From the NCBI GenBank assembly GCA_964016885.1, contig OZ024756.1:930001-994000 (forward strand): a DNA stretch of 64,000 bases, written 5' to 3'. This DNA is from Eledone cirrhosa. Taxonomy: Eukaryota. Under the pieces are notes generated by a model. It was given only the letters and a program-made list of their open reading frames with translations. It did not search any database and was not told the origin of the DNA. Shown one piece after another: positions 12,872 to 27,240 of this stretch. Every line of letters starts with the position of its first letter. Position 1 is the stretch's first letter. A program made the translations under genes and the position numbers.

Positions 12872-13128
12872 GGTTGTTTCTGCGTTGGGCACAGGGCCGG
12901 TGGTTGCCCAGTGCATTGCTGGTGCTTTGTTTTGTCGACCCCGTGGATTGGCAGTATCGGTAGAGGGTCGGACGCCATGCTTTGACGCATGGAGTTACGG
13001 CCCTTGCCATTCTGAGTTCAAATCCCGCCGAGGTTAACTTTGCCTTTCATCCTTGCGGGGTCGATGGGGTGGAGTGCCGGTGGTGCGCTGGGTGGTTGCT
13101 GGCCTTGTGCCGGGGGTAGAAACAATTA
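12872..13128 (+). mobile_element. SINE with an inverted copy of its 3' end upstream, A-to-G hypermutated
   Basis: SINE at 12943-13128 plus an inverted 3' arm at 12872-12942. AATTATTGAT is duplicated at both flanks. Confidence 0.88.
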
Positions 13129-13765
13129 TTGATGATGGTATATCGTGCAATGGCCATACTCGATAACGAGGGGGCAGCCATCATCATATATGTAGGTACG
13201 TACGTACTTATGTATGTATGTATGTATGTATGTATGTATGTATGTATGTATGTATGTATATATGTTTGTATGTACGTACGCATGTATGTATGTAGGTACG
13301 TACGTACTTATGTATGTATGTATATATGTATACATGTATGTATGTATACACTTAATTATTGTAAATGTAATGCTATTTGCAATAGTCCGTACTAATAAAA
13401 GAGAATGAGTTGGTTGTAAGAGAGTTTTCTTTTTGTTTAGACTAAAAATGAACTGATAAATATTTTTTCACAGAAGTAAATGAAAGTGTGTATATATTAT
13501 ATGCAAATTTCGGTTGCAGTTTACAAAACCTACAACCTTAAACATCATTATTTAACAAACAACCCCCCACCAAAAAAAAAAAAAAACAAAAGAGCTTTGC
13601 TTTAAGATAAGTTAGCCATCTTAAGAGACTCGTTATACAAACAAGAAACTATTTCTAAAAAGACATTCATGAAAATACTTCCGCAACGCCAGGGCTTTAG
13701 GAAGCCACACATCAAAGGATAGTTTACGACTGCACATCTACTGCATTAATCTATCTGGTTTATGA

Positions 13766-13990
13766 GGGGAGGGTGTGAGGATTGTTATATGAAGCCAGGG
13801 GTTCTGTAACTTCCTCAAGAACTACCAAATAATAAAAGGGGAGGGTGTGTGTGGGGAGGTTGTTAGATGGAAGCCAGGGGACTCTGTCCCTTCCTCAAGA
13901 ACTACGAAATAATAAAAGGGGAGGGTGTGAGGGTTGTTATATGAAGCCAGGGGGCTCTATCCCTTCCTCAAGAACTACCAAATAATAAAA
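13766..13990. repeat. ~70-bp tandem repeat, 3 copies
   Basis: GGGAGGGTGTG...GAAGCCAGGG...CTTCCTCAAGAACTACSAAATAATAAAA occurs three times. Confidence 0.85.
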
Positions 13991-14645
13991 ACAAAATACA
14001 ATCCTCCCCCCCCCCCCACACACACACACAATCTACAGAATGGTGGTGAAGATGTCAGATTCTTTGAGAATTTTTATTCATTACGTTAAAGCGTTGGATA
14101 GAACGTCTTGCGGCTTTTGTTAGGGGTTAGGGCAATCTGTTAGTGCAATCTGTTAGGGCAATCTGTTCATCCAGGGTCTGAATAAGAGACTTAAGCAATC
14201 AGGACACCAGAACAACAGTGGGATAAAACAACAACAAAGCAACAACAACAATCAAAAACCAACAAACATGTAAAACAAAACGTAAAGAAAATATCTAAAA
14301 AAAAAGCCTTCATATGATGAGAAGAAAAATAAGGAGTTCTTTGTTTTCCTCAGTGTCAAATAGCCTAACTTCTGGAAGGTTCTCCAAGAATCACGCCATG
14401 AGACCTCACTCTGATATCCAATTCTTCGTCAGAGATGTAAAAATGCCAAAGAATCAAAAATTATTGTCCACGTAGCAATATTTTGGCGAATATAGTTTTT
14501 TTGACATCCGCAATATATATTGAGATTAATTTTTACATATGTTGCTTGTGTTATCCAATCGCCTTCCACTATAATGGAGATCTGTTGTGTGTCGGCAGTC
14601 TTCCGGTTAGATTTGATGTAATTCGGAACAATATATGTAATACAT

Positions 14646-16031
<1,386 letters not shown>

Positions 16032-16109
16032 TTCAATTTTTTTAATGTTACATTTCATTTTAAGTTTGTTTCTCTTTTATGTTGATTTTCTTGTATTTCG
16101 ATTGTGTAG

Positions 16110-16777
16110 GGTGGTCTTCCCCTTATAAAACATTCACAGCTATTTGGGTGGTCTTTCCCTTATAAAACACCCGAGCTATATGGGTGGTTTCCCCCTTACA
16201 AAACACCCTCAGCTATATAGGTTGTCTTCCCTGATAAAACACCCACAACTACATCAGTCATGTCCCCTTGACAACTATATGGGTGGTCTCCCCCTGATAA
16301 AACACCCACAGCAATATGGGTGGTCGGCCCCTATAATTCATGCCAGAGCTATTTGGGTGGTCTCCCCCTATATTTGATAACACAGTTATATAGGTGGTCG
16401 CCCCTATATTTCAAGACAGTCCTATATGGGTGGTCTACCCCTATATTTCATGACACAACTATATGGGTGGTCTCCCCCTGATAAAACACCCACAGCAATA
16501 TGGGTGGTCGGCCCCTATAATTCATGCCAGAGCTATATGGGTGGTCTCCCCCTATATTTGATAACACAGTTATATAGTTGGTCGCCCCTATATTTCAAGA
16601 CAGTCCTATATGGGTGGTCTACCCCTATATTTCATGACACAACTCTATGGGTGGTCTGCCCCTATATTTCAAGACAGTCCTATATGGATAATCTCCCCTT
16701 ATATTTTATGACACAACTATATGGGTGATCTCCCCTATATTTGAAGACAGTGCCACTATATGTCTGATCTCCCCTTT

Positions 16778-16785
<8 letters not shown>
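16110..16785. repeat. ~33-bp-based diverged minisatellite
   Basis: Recurrent TATATGGGTGGTCTCCCCTATATTTCAWGACA units. Confidence 0.85.
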
Positions 16786-16829
<44 letters not shown>

Positions 16830-16833
<4 letters not shown>

Positions 16834-17320
16834 ACCACCTCCATACCACCACCATACAACCACCACACCACCTCTATACCAATCCACCATACCAACACAC
16901 TACCTCCGTACCACCACCACAACACCTCTATACCACCACCATACCACCACACCACCTCCATACCACCATCACACCACCACCATACCACCACACCACCTCC
17001 ATACAACCACCATACCACCACCACACCACCTCCATACGAACTCTATACCACCACACCACCACACAACCTCCATACCCCCCCACACCTCCATGCCACCTCT
17101 ATACCACAAGACCACCACCATGCCACCACCATACCACCACCACACCACCACCATGCCACCACCATACCAGCACCACACCACCTCCATACCACCACCACAC
17201 CACCTCCATACCACCTCCATACCACCACATCACCTCTACACCACCTCCATACCACCTCCATAACACCACCACACCACCTCCATACCACCACCACACCGCC
17301 TCCTCCCACCACCACCACTC
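16830..17320. repeat. ACC/CAC-rich low-complexity repeat
   Basis: Direct inspection. Confidence 0.9.
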
Positions 17321-17469
17321 CCTCATTGCTACCCACTCTTCTATCCTTTTCTTTCTCTTCTATTACTGTTTTTCTCTTTCTTCTTTATCTCCCCCTCCCC
17401 CATTTCCCCTTCTAGCTCACACCCTCCTCCCCCCTATCTCTTACCTCTTCCATCTGGTGTAATCAAATT

Positions 17470-17850
17470 ATCAGTCTCTTTACAGCCACAAGCCCCTCCC
17501 ATCTAGAGTAATTCACCCATCAGTCTCTTTACAGCCACAAGCCCCTCCCATCTACAGTAATTCACCTATCAGTCTCTTTACAGCCACAAGCCCCTCCCAT
17601 CTACAGTAATTCACCTATCAGTCTCTTTACAGCCACAAGCCCCTCCCATCTACAGTAATTCACCTATCAGTCTCTTTACAGCCACAAGCCCCTCCCATCT
17701 AGAGTAATTCACCTATCAGTCTCTTTACAGCCACAAGCCCCTCCCATCTACAGTAATCCACCAATCAGTCTGTCAACAGGCACTAGTTCCTCCCATCTAT
17801 AGTAATCCACCAATCAATCTGTCAACAGCCACTAGCCCCTCCCAGTAATC
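17470..17850. repeat. 49-bp tandem repeat (about 7 copies)
   Basis: CAGTCTCTTTACAGCCACAAGCCCCTCCCATCTASAGTAATTCACCTAT. Confidence 0.93.
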
Positions 17851-18014
17851 AAAATATCCATTTCTCACTATTCAGACACTAGCCCCGCCTCTTTCAATCC
17901 TTATTGGTTCCACTGATGTGTACAATCTGACATTTTTTGTAAGTCTAATGGAACTCCTCCTTGAGAGATGGGGAGGGGCTTCATGGAGTTACATATTTGC
18001 AACTTGATGAAGGC

Positions 18015-21000
18015 GGGGTCTCGGAGTTAATAATAGATATCTTAGAGGTAGGTGATGTCTCGGAGTTAAGAATAAATATCTTAGAGGTAGGTGATGTCTC
18101 GGAGTTAAGAATAGATATCTTGGAGGAAGGTGATGTCTCGGAGTTAAGAATATATATCTTGGAGGAAGGTGATGTCTCGGAGTTAAGAATAGATATCTTG
18201 GAGGAAGGTGATGTCTCGGAGTTAAGAATAAATATCTTGGAGGAAGGTGATATCTCGGAGTTAAGAATAAATATCTTGGAGGAAGGTGATATCTCGGAGT
18301 TAAGAATAAATATCTTGGAGGAAGGTGATGTCTCGGAGTTAAGAATAGATATCTTGGAGGAAGGTGATATCTCGGAGTTAAGAATATATATCTTGGAGGA
18401 AGGTGATATCTCGGAGTTAAGAATATATATCTTGGAGGAAGGTAATGTCTCGCAGTTAAGAATAGATATCTTGGAGGAAGGGGATATCCCGGAGTTAAGA
18501 ATAAATATCTTGGAGGAAGGTAATGTCTCGGAGTTAAGAATAGATATCTTGGAGGTAGGTGATATCTCGGAGTTAAGAATAAATATCTTGGAGGAAGGTG
18601 ATGTCTCGGAGTTAAGAATATATATCTTGGAGGAAGGGGATATCCCGGAGTTAAGAATAAATATCTTGGAGGAAGGTAATGTCTCGGAGTTAAGAATAGA
18701 TATCTTGGAGGAAGGTGATATCTCGGAGTTAAGAATATATATCTTGGAGGAAGGTGATATCTCGGAGTTAAGAATAGATATCTTGGAGGTAGGTGATATC
18801 TCGGAGTTAAGAATAAATATCTTGGAGGAAGGTGATGTCTCGGAGTTAAGAATAAATATCTTGGAGGAAGGTGATGTCTCGGAGTTAAGAATATATATCT
18901 TGGAGGAAGGTGATATCTCGGAGTTAAGAATATATATCTTGGAGGTAGGTGATATCTCGGAGTTAAGAATAAATATCTTGGAGGAAGGTGATGTCTCGCA
19001 GTTAAGAATATATATCTTGGAGGAAGGTGATATCTCGGAGTTAAGAATAGATATCTTGGAGGAAGGTGATATCTCGGAGTTAAGAATAGATATCTTGGAG
19101 GAAGGTGATATCTCGGAGTTAAGAATAGATATCTTGGAGGAAGGTGATGTCTCGGAGTTAAGAATAAATATCTTGGAGGAAGGTGATGTCTCGGAGTAAG
19201 AATATATATCTTGGAGGAAGGTGATATCTCGGAGTTAAGAATATATATCTTGGAGGAAGGTGATATCTCGGAGTTAAGAATATATATCTTGGAGGTAGGT
19301 GATATCTCGGAGTTAAGAATAAATATCTTGGAGGAAGGTGATGTCTCGCAGTTAAGAATATATATCTTGGAGGAAGGTGATATCTCGGAGTTAAGAATAG
19401 ATATCTTGGAGGAAGGTGATATCTCGGAGTTAAGAATAGATATCTTGGAGGAAGGTGATATCTCGGAGTTAAGAATAGATATCTTGGAGGAAGGTGATGT
19501 CTCGGAGTTAAGAATAAATATCTTGGAGGTAGGTGATATCTCGGAGTTAAGAATAGATATCTTGGAGGAAGGTGATGTCTCGGAGTTAAGAATATATATC
19601 TTGGAGGTAGGTGATATCTCGGAGTTAAGAATAAATATCTTGGAGGAAGGTGATATCTCGGAGTTAAGAATAAATATCTTGGAGGAAGGTGATGTCTCGG
19701 AGTTAAGAATAAATATCTTGGAGGAAGGTGATGTCTCGGAGTTAAGAATAGATATCTTGGAGGAAGGTGATATCTCGGAGTTAAGAATAAATATCTTGGA
19801 GGTAGGTGATATCTCGGAGTTAAGAATAGATATCTTGGAGGTAGGTGATATCTCGGAGTTAAGAATAAATATCTTGGAGGAAGGTAATGTCTCGCAGTTA
19901 AGAATTGATATCTTGGAGGAAGGTGATGTCTCGGAGTTAAGAATAAATATCTTGGAGGAAGGTGATGTCTCGCAGTTAAGAATTGATATCTTGGAGGTAG
20001 GTGATATCTCGGAGTTAAGAATAAATATCTTGGAGGAAGGTAATGTCTCGCAGTTAAGAATTGATATCTTGGAGGAAGGTGATGTCTCGGAGTTAAGAAT
20101 AAATATCTTGGAGGAAGGTGATGTCTCGCAGTTAAGAATAGATATCTTGGAGGTAGGTGATATCTCGGAGTTAAGAATAAATATCTTGGAGGAAGGTAAT
20201 GTCTCGCAGTTAAGAATTGATATCTTGGAGGAAGGTGATGTCTCGGAGTTAAGAATAAATATCTTGGAGGAAGGTGATGTCTCGCAGTTAAGAATTGATA
20301 TCTTGGAGGAAGGTGATGTCTCGCAGTTAAGAATATATATCTTGGAGGAAGGTGATATCTCGGAGTTAAGAATAGATATCTTGGAGGAAGGTGATATCTC
20401 GGAGTTAAGAATAGATATCTTGGAGGAAGGTGATATCTCGGAGTTAAGAATAGATATCTTGGAGGAAGGTGATGTCTCGGAGTTAAGAATAAATATCTTG
20501 GAGGAAGGTGATGTCTCGGAGTAAGAATATATATCTTGGAGGAAGGTGATATCTCGGAGTTAAGAATATATATCTTGGAGGAAGGTGATATCTCGGAGTT
20601 AAGAATATATATCTTGGAGGTAGGTGATATCTCGGAGTTAAGAATAAATATCTTGGAGGAAGGTGATGTCTCGCAGTTAAGAATATATATCTTGGAGGAA
20701 GGTGATATCTCGGAGTTAAGAATAGATATCTTGGAGGAAGGTGATATCTCGGAGTTAAGAATAGATATCTTGGAGGAAGGTGATATCTCGGAGTTAAGAA
20801 TAGATATCTTGGAGGAAGGTGATGTCTCGGAGTTAAGAATAAATATCTTGGAGGTAGGTGATATCTCGGAGTTAAGAATAGATATCTTGGAGGAAGGTGA
20901 TGTCTCGGAGTTAAGAATATATATCTTGGAGGTAGGTGATATCTCGGAGTTAAGAATAAATATCTTGGAGGAAGGTGATATCTCGGAGTTAAGAATAAAT

Positions 21001-23820
21001 ATCTTGGAGGAAGGTGATGTCTCGGAGTTAAGAATAAATATCTTGGAGGAAGGTGATGTCTCGGAGTTAAGAATAGATATCTTGGAGGAAGGTGATATCT
21101 CGGAGTTAAGAATAAATATCTTGGAGGTAGGTGATATCTCGGAGTTAAGAATAGATATCTTGGAGGTAGGTGATATCTCGGAGTTAAGAATAAATATCTT
21201 GGAGGAAGGTAATGTCTCGCAGTTAAGAATTGATATCTTGGAGGAAGGTGATGTCTCGGAGTTAAGAATAAATATCTTGGAGGAAGGTGATGTCTCGCAG
21301 TTAAGAATTGATATCTTGGAGGTAGGTGATATCTCGGAGTTAAGAATAAATATCTTGGAGGAAGGTAATGTCTCGCAGTTAAGAATTGATATCTTGGAGG
21401 AAGGTGATGTCTCGGAGTTAAGAATAAATATCTTGGAGGAAGGTGATGTCTCGCAGTTAAGAATAGATATCTTGGAGGTAGGTGATATCTCGGAGTTAAG
21501 AATAAATATCTTGGAGGAAGGTAATGTCTCGCAGTTAAGAATTGATATCTTGGAGGAAGGTGATGTCTCGGAGTTAAGAATAAATATCTTGGAGGAAGGT
21601 GATGTCTCGCAGTTAAGAATTGATATCTTGGAGGAAGGTGATATCTCGGAGCTAAGAATAGATATCTTGGAGGTAGGTGATGTCTCGGAGTTAAGAATAG
21701 ATATCTTGGAGGTAGGTGATATCTCGGAGTTAAGAATAAATATCTTGGAGGAAGGTGATGTCTCGGAGTTAAGAATAAATATCTTGGAGGAAGGTGATGT
21801 CTCGCAGTTAAGAATTGATATCTTGGAGGAAGGTGATATCTCGGAGCTAAGAATAGATATCTTGGAGGTAGGTGATGTCTCGGAGTTAAGAATAGATATC
21901 TTGGAGGTAGGTGATATCTCGGAGTTAAGAATAGATATCTTGGAGGAAGGTGATATCTCGGAGTTAAGAATAGATATCTTGGAGGAAGGTGATATCTCGG
22001 AGTTAAGAATAAATATCTTGGAGGTAGGTGATATCTCGGAGTTAAGAATAAATATCTTGGAGGAAGGTGATATCTCGGAGTTAAGAATTGATATCTTGGA
22101 GGTAGGTGATATCTCGGAGTTAAGAATATATATCTTGGAGGAAGGTGATATCTCGGAGTTAAGAATTGATATCTTGGAGGTAGGTGATATCTCGGAGTTA
22201 AGAATAGATATCTTGGAGGAAGGTGATATCTCGGAGTTAAGAATAGATATCTTGGAGGTAGGTGATATCTCGGAGTTAAGAATAGATATCTTGGAGGAAG
22301 GTGATGTCTCGGAGTTAAGAATATATATCTTGGAGGTAGGTGATATCTCGGAGTTAAGAATTGATATCTTGGAGGTAGGTGATATCTCGGAGTTAAGAAT
22401 AGATATCTTGGAGGAAGGTGATGTCTCGGAGTTAAGAATAAATATCTTGGAGGAAGGTGATATCTCGGAGTTAAGAATAAATATCTTGGAGGAAGGTGAT
22501 ATCTCGGAGTTAAGAATAAATATCTTGGAGGAAGGTGATATCTCGGAGTTAAGAATTGATATCTTGGAGGAAGGTGATATCTCGCAGTTAAGAATAAATA
22601 TCTTGGAGGAAGGTGATATCTCGGAGTTAAGAATAAATATCTTGGAGGAAGGTGATATCTCGGAGTTAAGAATAAATATCTTTGGAGGAAGGTAATGTCT
22701 CGGAGTTAAGAATAAATATCTTTGGAGGAAGGTGATGTCTCGGAGTTAAGAATAAATATCTTTGGAGGTAGGTGATATCTCGGAGTTAAGAATAGATATC
22801 TTGGAGGAAGGTAATGTCTCGCAGTTAAGAATAAATATCTTGGAGGTAGGTGATGTCTCGCAGTTAAGAATAAATATCTTGGAGGAAGGTGATATCTCGG
22901 AGTTAAGAATATATATCTTGGAGGAAGGTGATGTCTCGGAGTTAAGAATATATATCTTGGAGGAAGGTGATATCTCGGAGTTAAGAATATATATCTTGGA
23001 GGAAGGTGATGTCTCGCAGTTAAGAATAAATATCTTGGAGGAAGGTGATATCTCGGAGTTAAGAATATATATCTTGGAGGAAGGTGATATCTCGGAGTTA
23101 AGAATTGATATCTTGGAGGTAGGTGATATCTCGGAGTTAAGAATATATATCTTGGAGGAAGGTGATATCTCGGAGTTAAGAATTGATATCTTGGAGGTAG
23201 GTGATATCTCGGAGTTAAGAATAGATATCTTGGAGGAAGGTGATATCTCGGAGTTAAGAATAGATATCTTGGAGGTAGGTGATATCTCGGAGTTAAGAAT
23301 AGATATCTTGGAGGAAGGTGATGTCTCGGAGTTAAGAATATATATCTTGGAGGTAGGTGATATCTCGGAGTTAAGAATTGATATCTTGGAGGTAGGTGAT
23401 ATCTCGGAGTTAAGAATATATATCTTGGAGGAAGGTGATATCTCGGAGTTAAGAATTGATATCTTGGAGGTAGGTGATATCTCGGAGTTAAGAATATATA
23501 TCTTGGAGGAAGGTGATATCTCGGAGTTAAGAATTGATATCTTGGAGGTAGGTGATATCTCGGAGTTAAGAATAGATATCTTGGAGGAAGGTGATATCTC
23601 GGAGTTAAGAATAGATATCTTGGAGGTAGGTGATATCTCGGAGTTAAGAATAGATATCTTGGAGGTAGGTGATATCTCGGAGTTAAGAATAGATATCTTG
23701 GAGGTAGGTGATATCTCGGAGTTAAGAATAGATATCTTGGAGGAAGGTGATATCTCGGAGTTAAGAATATATATCTTGGAGAAAGGTGATATCTCGGAGT
23801 TAAGAATAGATATCCTGGAA
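18015..23820. repeat. 33-bp tandem minisatellite (about 175 copies)
   Basis: ATATCTTGGAGGWAGGTGATRTCTCGSAGTTAAGAATADAT family. Its stop-free frame produces the ILEEGDISELR pseudo-ORFs. Confidence 0.97.
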
Positions 23821-25525
23821 GGAATAGCGACCGCGATTTAAATACAAACGGAGAGACCTTGCTAGACTTCTGTTCTAACAATGGAATCTCTATTATGAAC
23901 ACCTTCTGCAACAGCATAGAGGCATCCATAAATATACTTGGTATGGAGGAATCAGGGACAGAAATCAATAATTGATTTTGTAATTGTCTCTGATCTCTTT
24001 CGTTCTGTGCTGGATGTACATGTTAAGCGAGGGGCTGAGCTGTCAACTGATCACCATCTAGTTATCTGCAGCTTGAAACTACCTAACGCCAAAGAGGCCC
24101 ACAAAACTGGCAAGTCCAGAGCGACCTACAAGGATAAAGTGGGAAGCATTGGTGGATAAGGAAGTCAGGACCAGGTTTTCAACTCCTATTGCATCCAAAT
24201 TCAGAGAACTCCCTGGGCAAACTGAGGATGTTGAGACAGAGTGGAGATTGTTCAGTACAGCAGTTTCTGCTTCAGCTGTTAAATGCTGTGGGTGAAAGAG
24301 GCTTGGTATGGGGAGGAATTGCAGGAGGACTACTTGGTTCAATTAAGAGTTAAAAAAATGCCATCCTTGCAAAGAGGGAGGCTAACAAAGCTTGGCTTGG
24401 AAATAAGTCCTTCTTCTTGCACTTACGGTACAAGCAGGCACGAAATATCGCAGAAGCGCCCAAAGTTAAGACATGGGAGGATTTTGGGGTTAAGCTGGAA
24501 TCTGACTTCAGATCAGCAAATAAAGTGTTCTGGCAGGTCATCCGCCGACTTCGTAATAAGAAGCCCTCCTCCACAGATTCTATCAAGAACGCGCCCTGGG
24601 TTTCTCCTCTCTTTAGAGGGGTGCTTTCTCCAGAGGTGGAGAGAATAATTTGCTGATCTCCTAAACCGGATCACAACAGCATCTTTGGATGTACACGAGG
24701 TGTATCTGGGAGTGGTGAATAATCTGTCAGAGGCTGAGGTCGCAAGAGCAGTTAAAAAGCGCATATGTGGCAAAGCCGCTAAGGAAGATGAAATCCGGCC
24801 CGAGATGTTAAAAGCCTTAAATAGAGAAGGTATTCTCTGGCTGACTCGTGTGTACCGGGTGGCCTGGAAGGGTACCTAAGCAATGGCAATCAGGATTAAT
24901 AATCTCAATTTTCAAAAAGGGAGTTCAGAGAGATTGTTCCAATTACAAAGGGACCTTATTGTTAAGGCTCCCTGGTAAAGTCTATGCTAAGTGTCTAGCA
25001 AAGAGCCGCAGGTAGATTGTCGAGTCCATGCTAGCTGATGAACAGTGCGTTTTCGCCCCGAACACAGCACAGCCAACCAAATATTCACACTGCGGCAGGT
25101 ATTCGAGAAATCGTGGGAGTATTGCCAAGAAGTTTATTCTTGTTTTGTTGACCTTGAGAAGACATGACCGCGCTCCTCGGGACCTACTGTGGAAGGTTCT
25201 GCAAGAGTATGGGGTTGATGGTCAGCTTCTTGCTGCCCTAATGTCTCTATACAAATGCCAGAGTATTTGTTTTTGGATAAATGCTGCTAAATCGAAACCA
25301 TTCAATGTGGGAGTTGAACTCCACCAAGGGCGTGTACTGTCACCTCTCTGTTCATTATTTACATGAACAGGATTGGCATACGGAGCTCGGTTGGAAGTGG
25401 CATCATGAATGGCGGGTGTAAAATCAGTCAGTCGGCTGGAATTTTCAGACGACATGGTGTTACTTAACTCAACAGAAAGTTATCTTCGACTTACACTTGA
25501 TAGGTTTGATGCCGAGTGCTGCAGG
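23816..25525 (+). mobile_element. Decayed RTE-clade LINE (APE endonuclease C-terminus plus RT)
   Basis: Frameshifted fragments NTNGETLLDFCSNNGISIMNTF, HKYTW, IIDFVIVS...STDHHLV (APE); DEIRPEMLKAL, GVELHQGRVLSPL, LEFSDDMVLL (RT). Confidence 0.88.
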
Positions 25526-25834
25526 GGTCTGTCGGTTCTGAAGACGATAAACAGAAACACTCAACGACCTGTATGAATGGTGCAAACTGGAGCATTATAT
25601 ATTATTAAAAGATTATAGCCCCCGAGGACGCGCGTTTCAACCCGTGTATTGCTGCGGTGGAACTAGTTCTCTCTCTCTGTGCATATATATATATATATAT
25701 AAATATAATCTGAGTTTTTCGAATATTAATAATAACATTCAATTCGTTTGCAATTATGCAAACAAGCCTCAATTTTATAGCCATGTGAGTAGAATGAACA
25801 CTTCATTCTTGCTCTTGTGTTGGCATGCGAACAG

Positions 25835-25882
25835 AACTGCAGACACTAATGTTTCTGGGTATCACCCTTCATCAGTACAGCT
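25835..25882 (-). ncRNA. Type I hammerhead ribozyme in repeat family 25705-26155 (decayed copy at 29215-29690)
   Basis: Minus strand reads AGCTGTA CTGATGA AGGGT GAT ACCCA GAAA CAT TA GTG TC TGCAGTT, with a GUC cleavage triplet. Confidence 0.78.
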
Positions 25883-26184
25883 CACTGTTCACCTGCCAAA
25901 CTGTCAGAGCTAGTGAAAACATATGCTATTTTCAAAAGTACACAGTGACTGATCGGCGTGATTTGCATATTAGCTGGCTGGCTGATCAGTCAGATCTGCA
26001 TATTAGCAGATTCACTGATCAACCAGATTTGCATATCAGCAGACTGGCCAGTCAGTTTCCTGTATATGAGCGATAAATGGCCGGCTTTGCCAAATTCAAA
26101 TAAAAAAGAAAATTTCGCTCTACATGGCTGAATACAATAAATGTAATCTGAGTTTTTCTTTTTCTTTTTTCTATTTTATATATA

Positions 26185-27021
26185 TCTATATATATAAAAG
26201 CAAGTCGGTCTGTATGTCTGTGTGTCTGTCTGTCTGTGTACAAATAGTAGGCTCCTTTTAACTTTTGAAGTACTAGGCCGATTTCAACCAAATTTGGCAC
26301 ACATGTTGCTTATATGCCAGAGCAGGTTTTGGACAAAAACAAATTTGAAAAAACAAAATCGATATTGGGGCCGAAAAATCGATTTTGTGTGTGTATCTGT
26401 CTGTGTACAAATACTAGGCTCCTTTTAACTTTTGAAGTACTAGGCCGATTTGGCACGTGCTATTGAGGCGACCTCTCATTGGCTAATTGTGTACCTAAAA
26501 GTTTGACTCGCTATGGCCCCTAACCTAGCAGTTTGACTCGCTATGGCCTCTGAAAATCGTGCAGCAGCATTCTCGGCAACAGTGTCTTCGTTTTGATTAA
26601 CTTAACCTTTTTGCTCATTCTCATCGTGTATTCAGGCGTTGAGGGGGAGGGGGGGGGATAGTTGCTTCAAGGAATGATATTTCTATGTCCAGTGGATGGT
26701 CAACGTGGTAGTGGCAGCGCCATCTTACGCATAGGGTTTAGTCTACTGAAGGACAGACGGTGCGTCTATTCCATCTTTATCCCCTTACTCATACCTACTA
26801 CAGCAAGGCCGGACCTGAATTCATTTACGTCAATTAACTCAAGCTACCCCATGAATTGTTTTTATGTTGCCGTTTATTTCACTCAATCATGTCACTGTAC
26901 ACCCATTTTGTTAAACTTTTTTTTACAATTACATTTCAATTCTTTGCTCAACCTTTGGCTCTCTTTATACGGACAAACAGGCTGTCATTCATTTCCCGAG
27001 CAACGCCGGGTACATCTGCTA

Positions 27022-27022
<1 letters not shown>
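26185..27022 (+). mobile_element. Non-autonomous Helitron
   Basis: 5' A|TCTATATATATAAAA, an internal duplicated CCGATTT...TTTGGCAC block, and a 3' hairpin CCCGAGCAACGCCGGG followed by CTAG|T. No TSD. Confidence 0.8.
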
Positions 27023-27064
<42 letters not shown>

Positions 27065-27068
<4 letters not shown>

Positions 27069-27240
27069 AAAAGAGTCAGAACCCTGACGGCTGAGCTCCA
27101 GCCGTTTCGACAACTAGATCCGAACTGGAGCTCAGCCGACGGGGTCCTGACTCTTTTCCTATTACTCACTCTACCTCAAGTATTGAGAACTCTGGCGCGT
27201 TATGGTCCACCTGGTATCTTACCACACCCTCTTTGTTATA
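27065..27240 (+). mobile_element. Short palindromic element containing hammerhead 3' halves, embedded in (TA)n
   Basis: Inverted arms 27066-27161 carry GAAACGGCTG-GAGCT-CAGCCGTC. The same family lies at 40095-40316 in the opposite orientation. Confidence 0.65.

Larger units (their letters stand above)
7515..13345 (+). mobile_element. Head-to-tail stack of RTE-derived elements, each ending in a conserved 3' tail plus (TATG)n
   Basis: Tail motif ATGGCMRTWCTCGAWAWCGAG..GCAGCCAYCAT(TATG)n occurs at ~8010, 8843, 9525, 10028, 10669, 12220 and 13150. A shared 5' block (GGTAACATGTAAYCCAGTACAACCTGT...) occurs at 8294, 8982, 10181 and 12321. Some units keep a C2H2 remnant (CSVCTRVFKSLAGLKSH). Confidence 0.8.

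Noticed and set aside
18015-23820. CRISPR-like regular repeats (also 7699-7980 and 32690-33200)
   Set aside because: There are no unique spacers or cas genes, and these are plain tandem repeats in eukaryotic DNA.
17961-23968. Long ORFs of 11-aa repeats (ILEEGDISELR; PRYLFLTPRYHL on the minus strand)
   Set aside because: These are stop-free frames of a 33-bp minisatellite. Frameshifting indels are propagated and there is no unique coding context.
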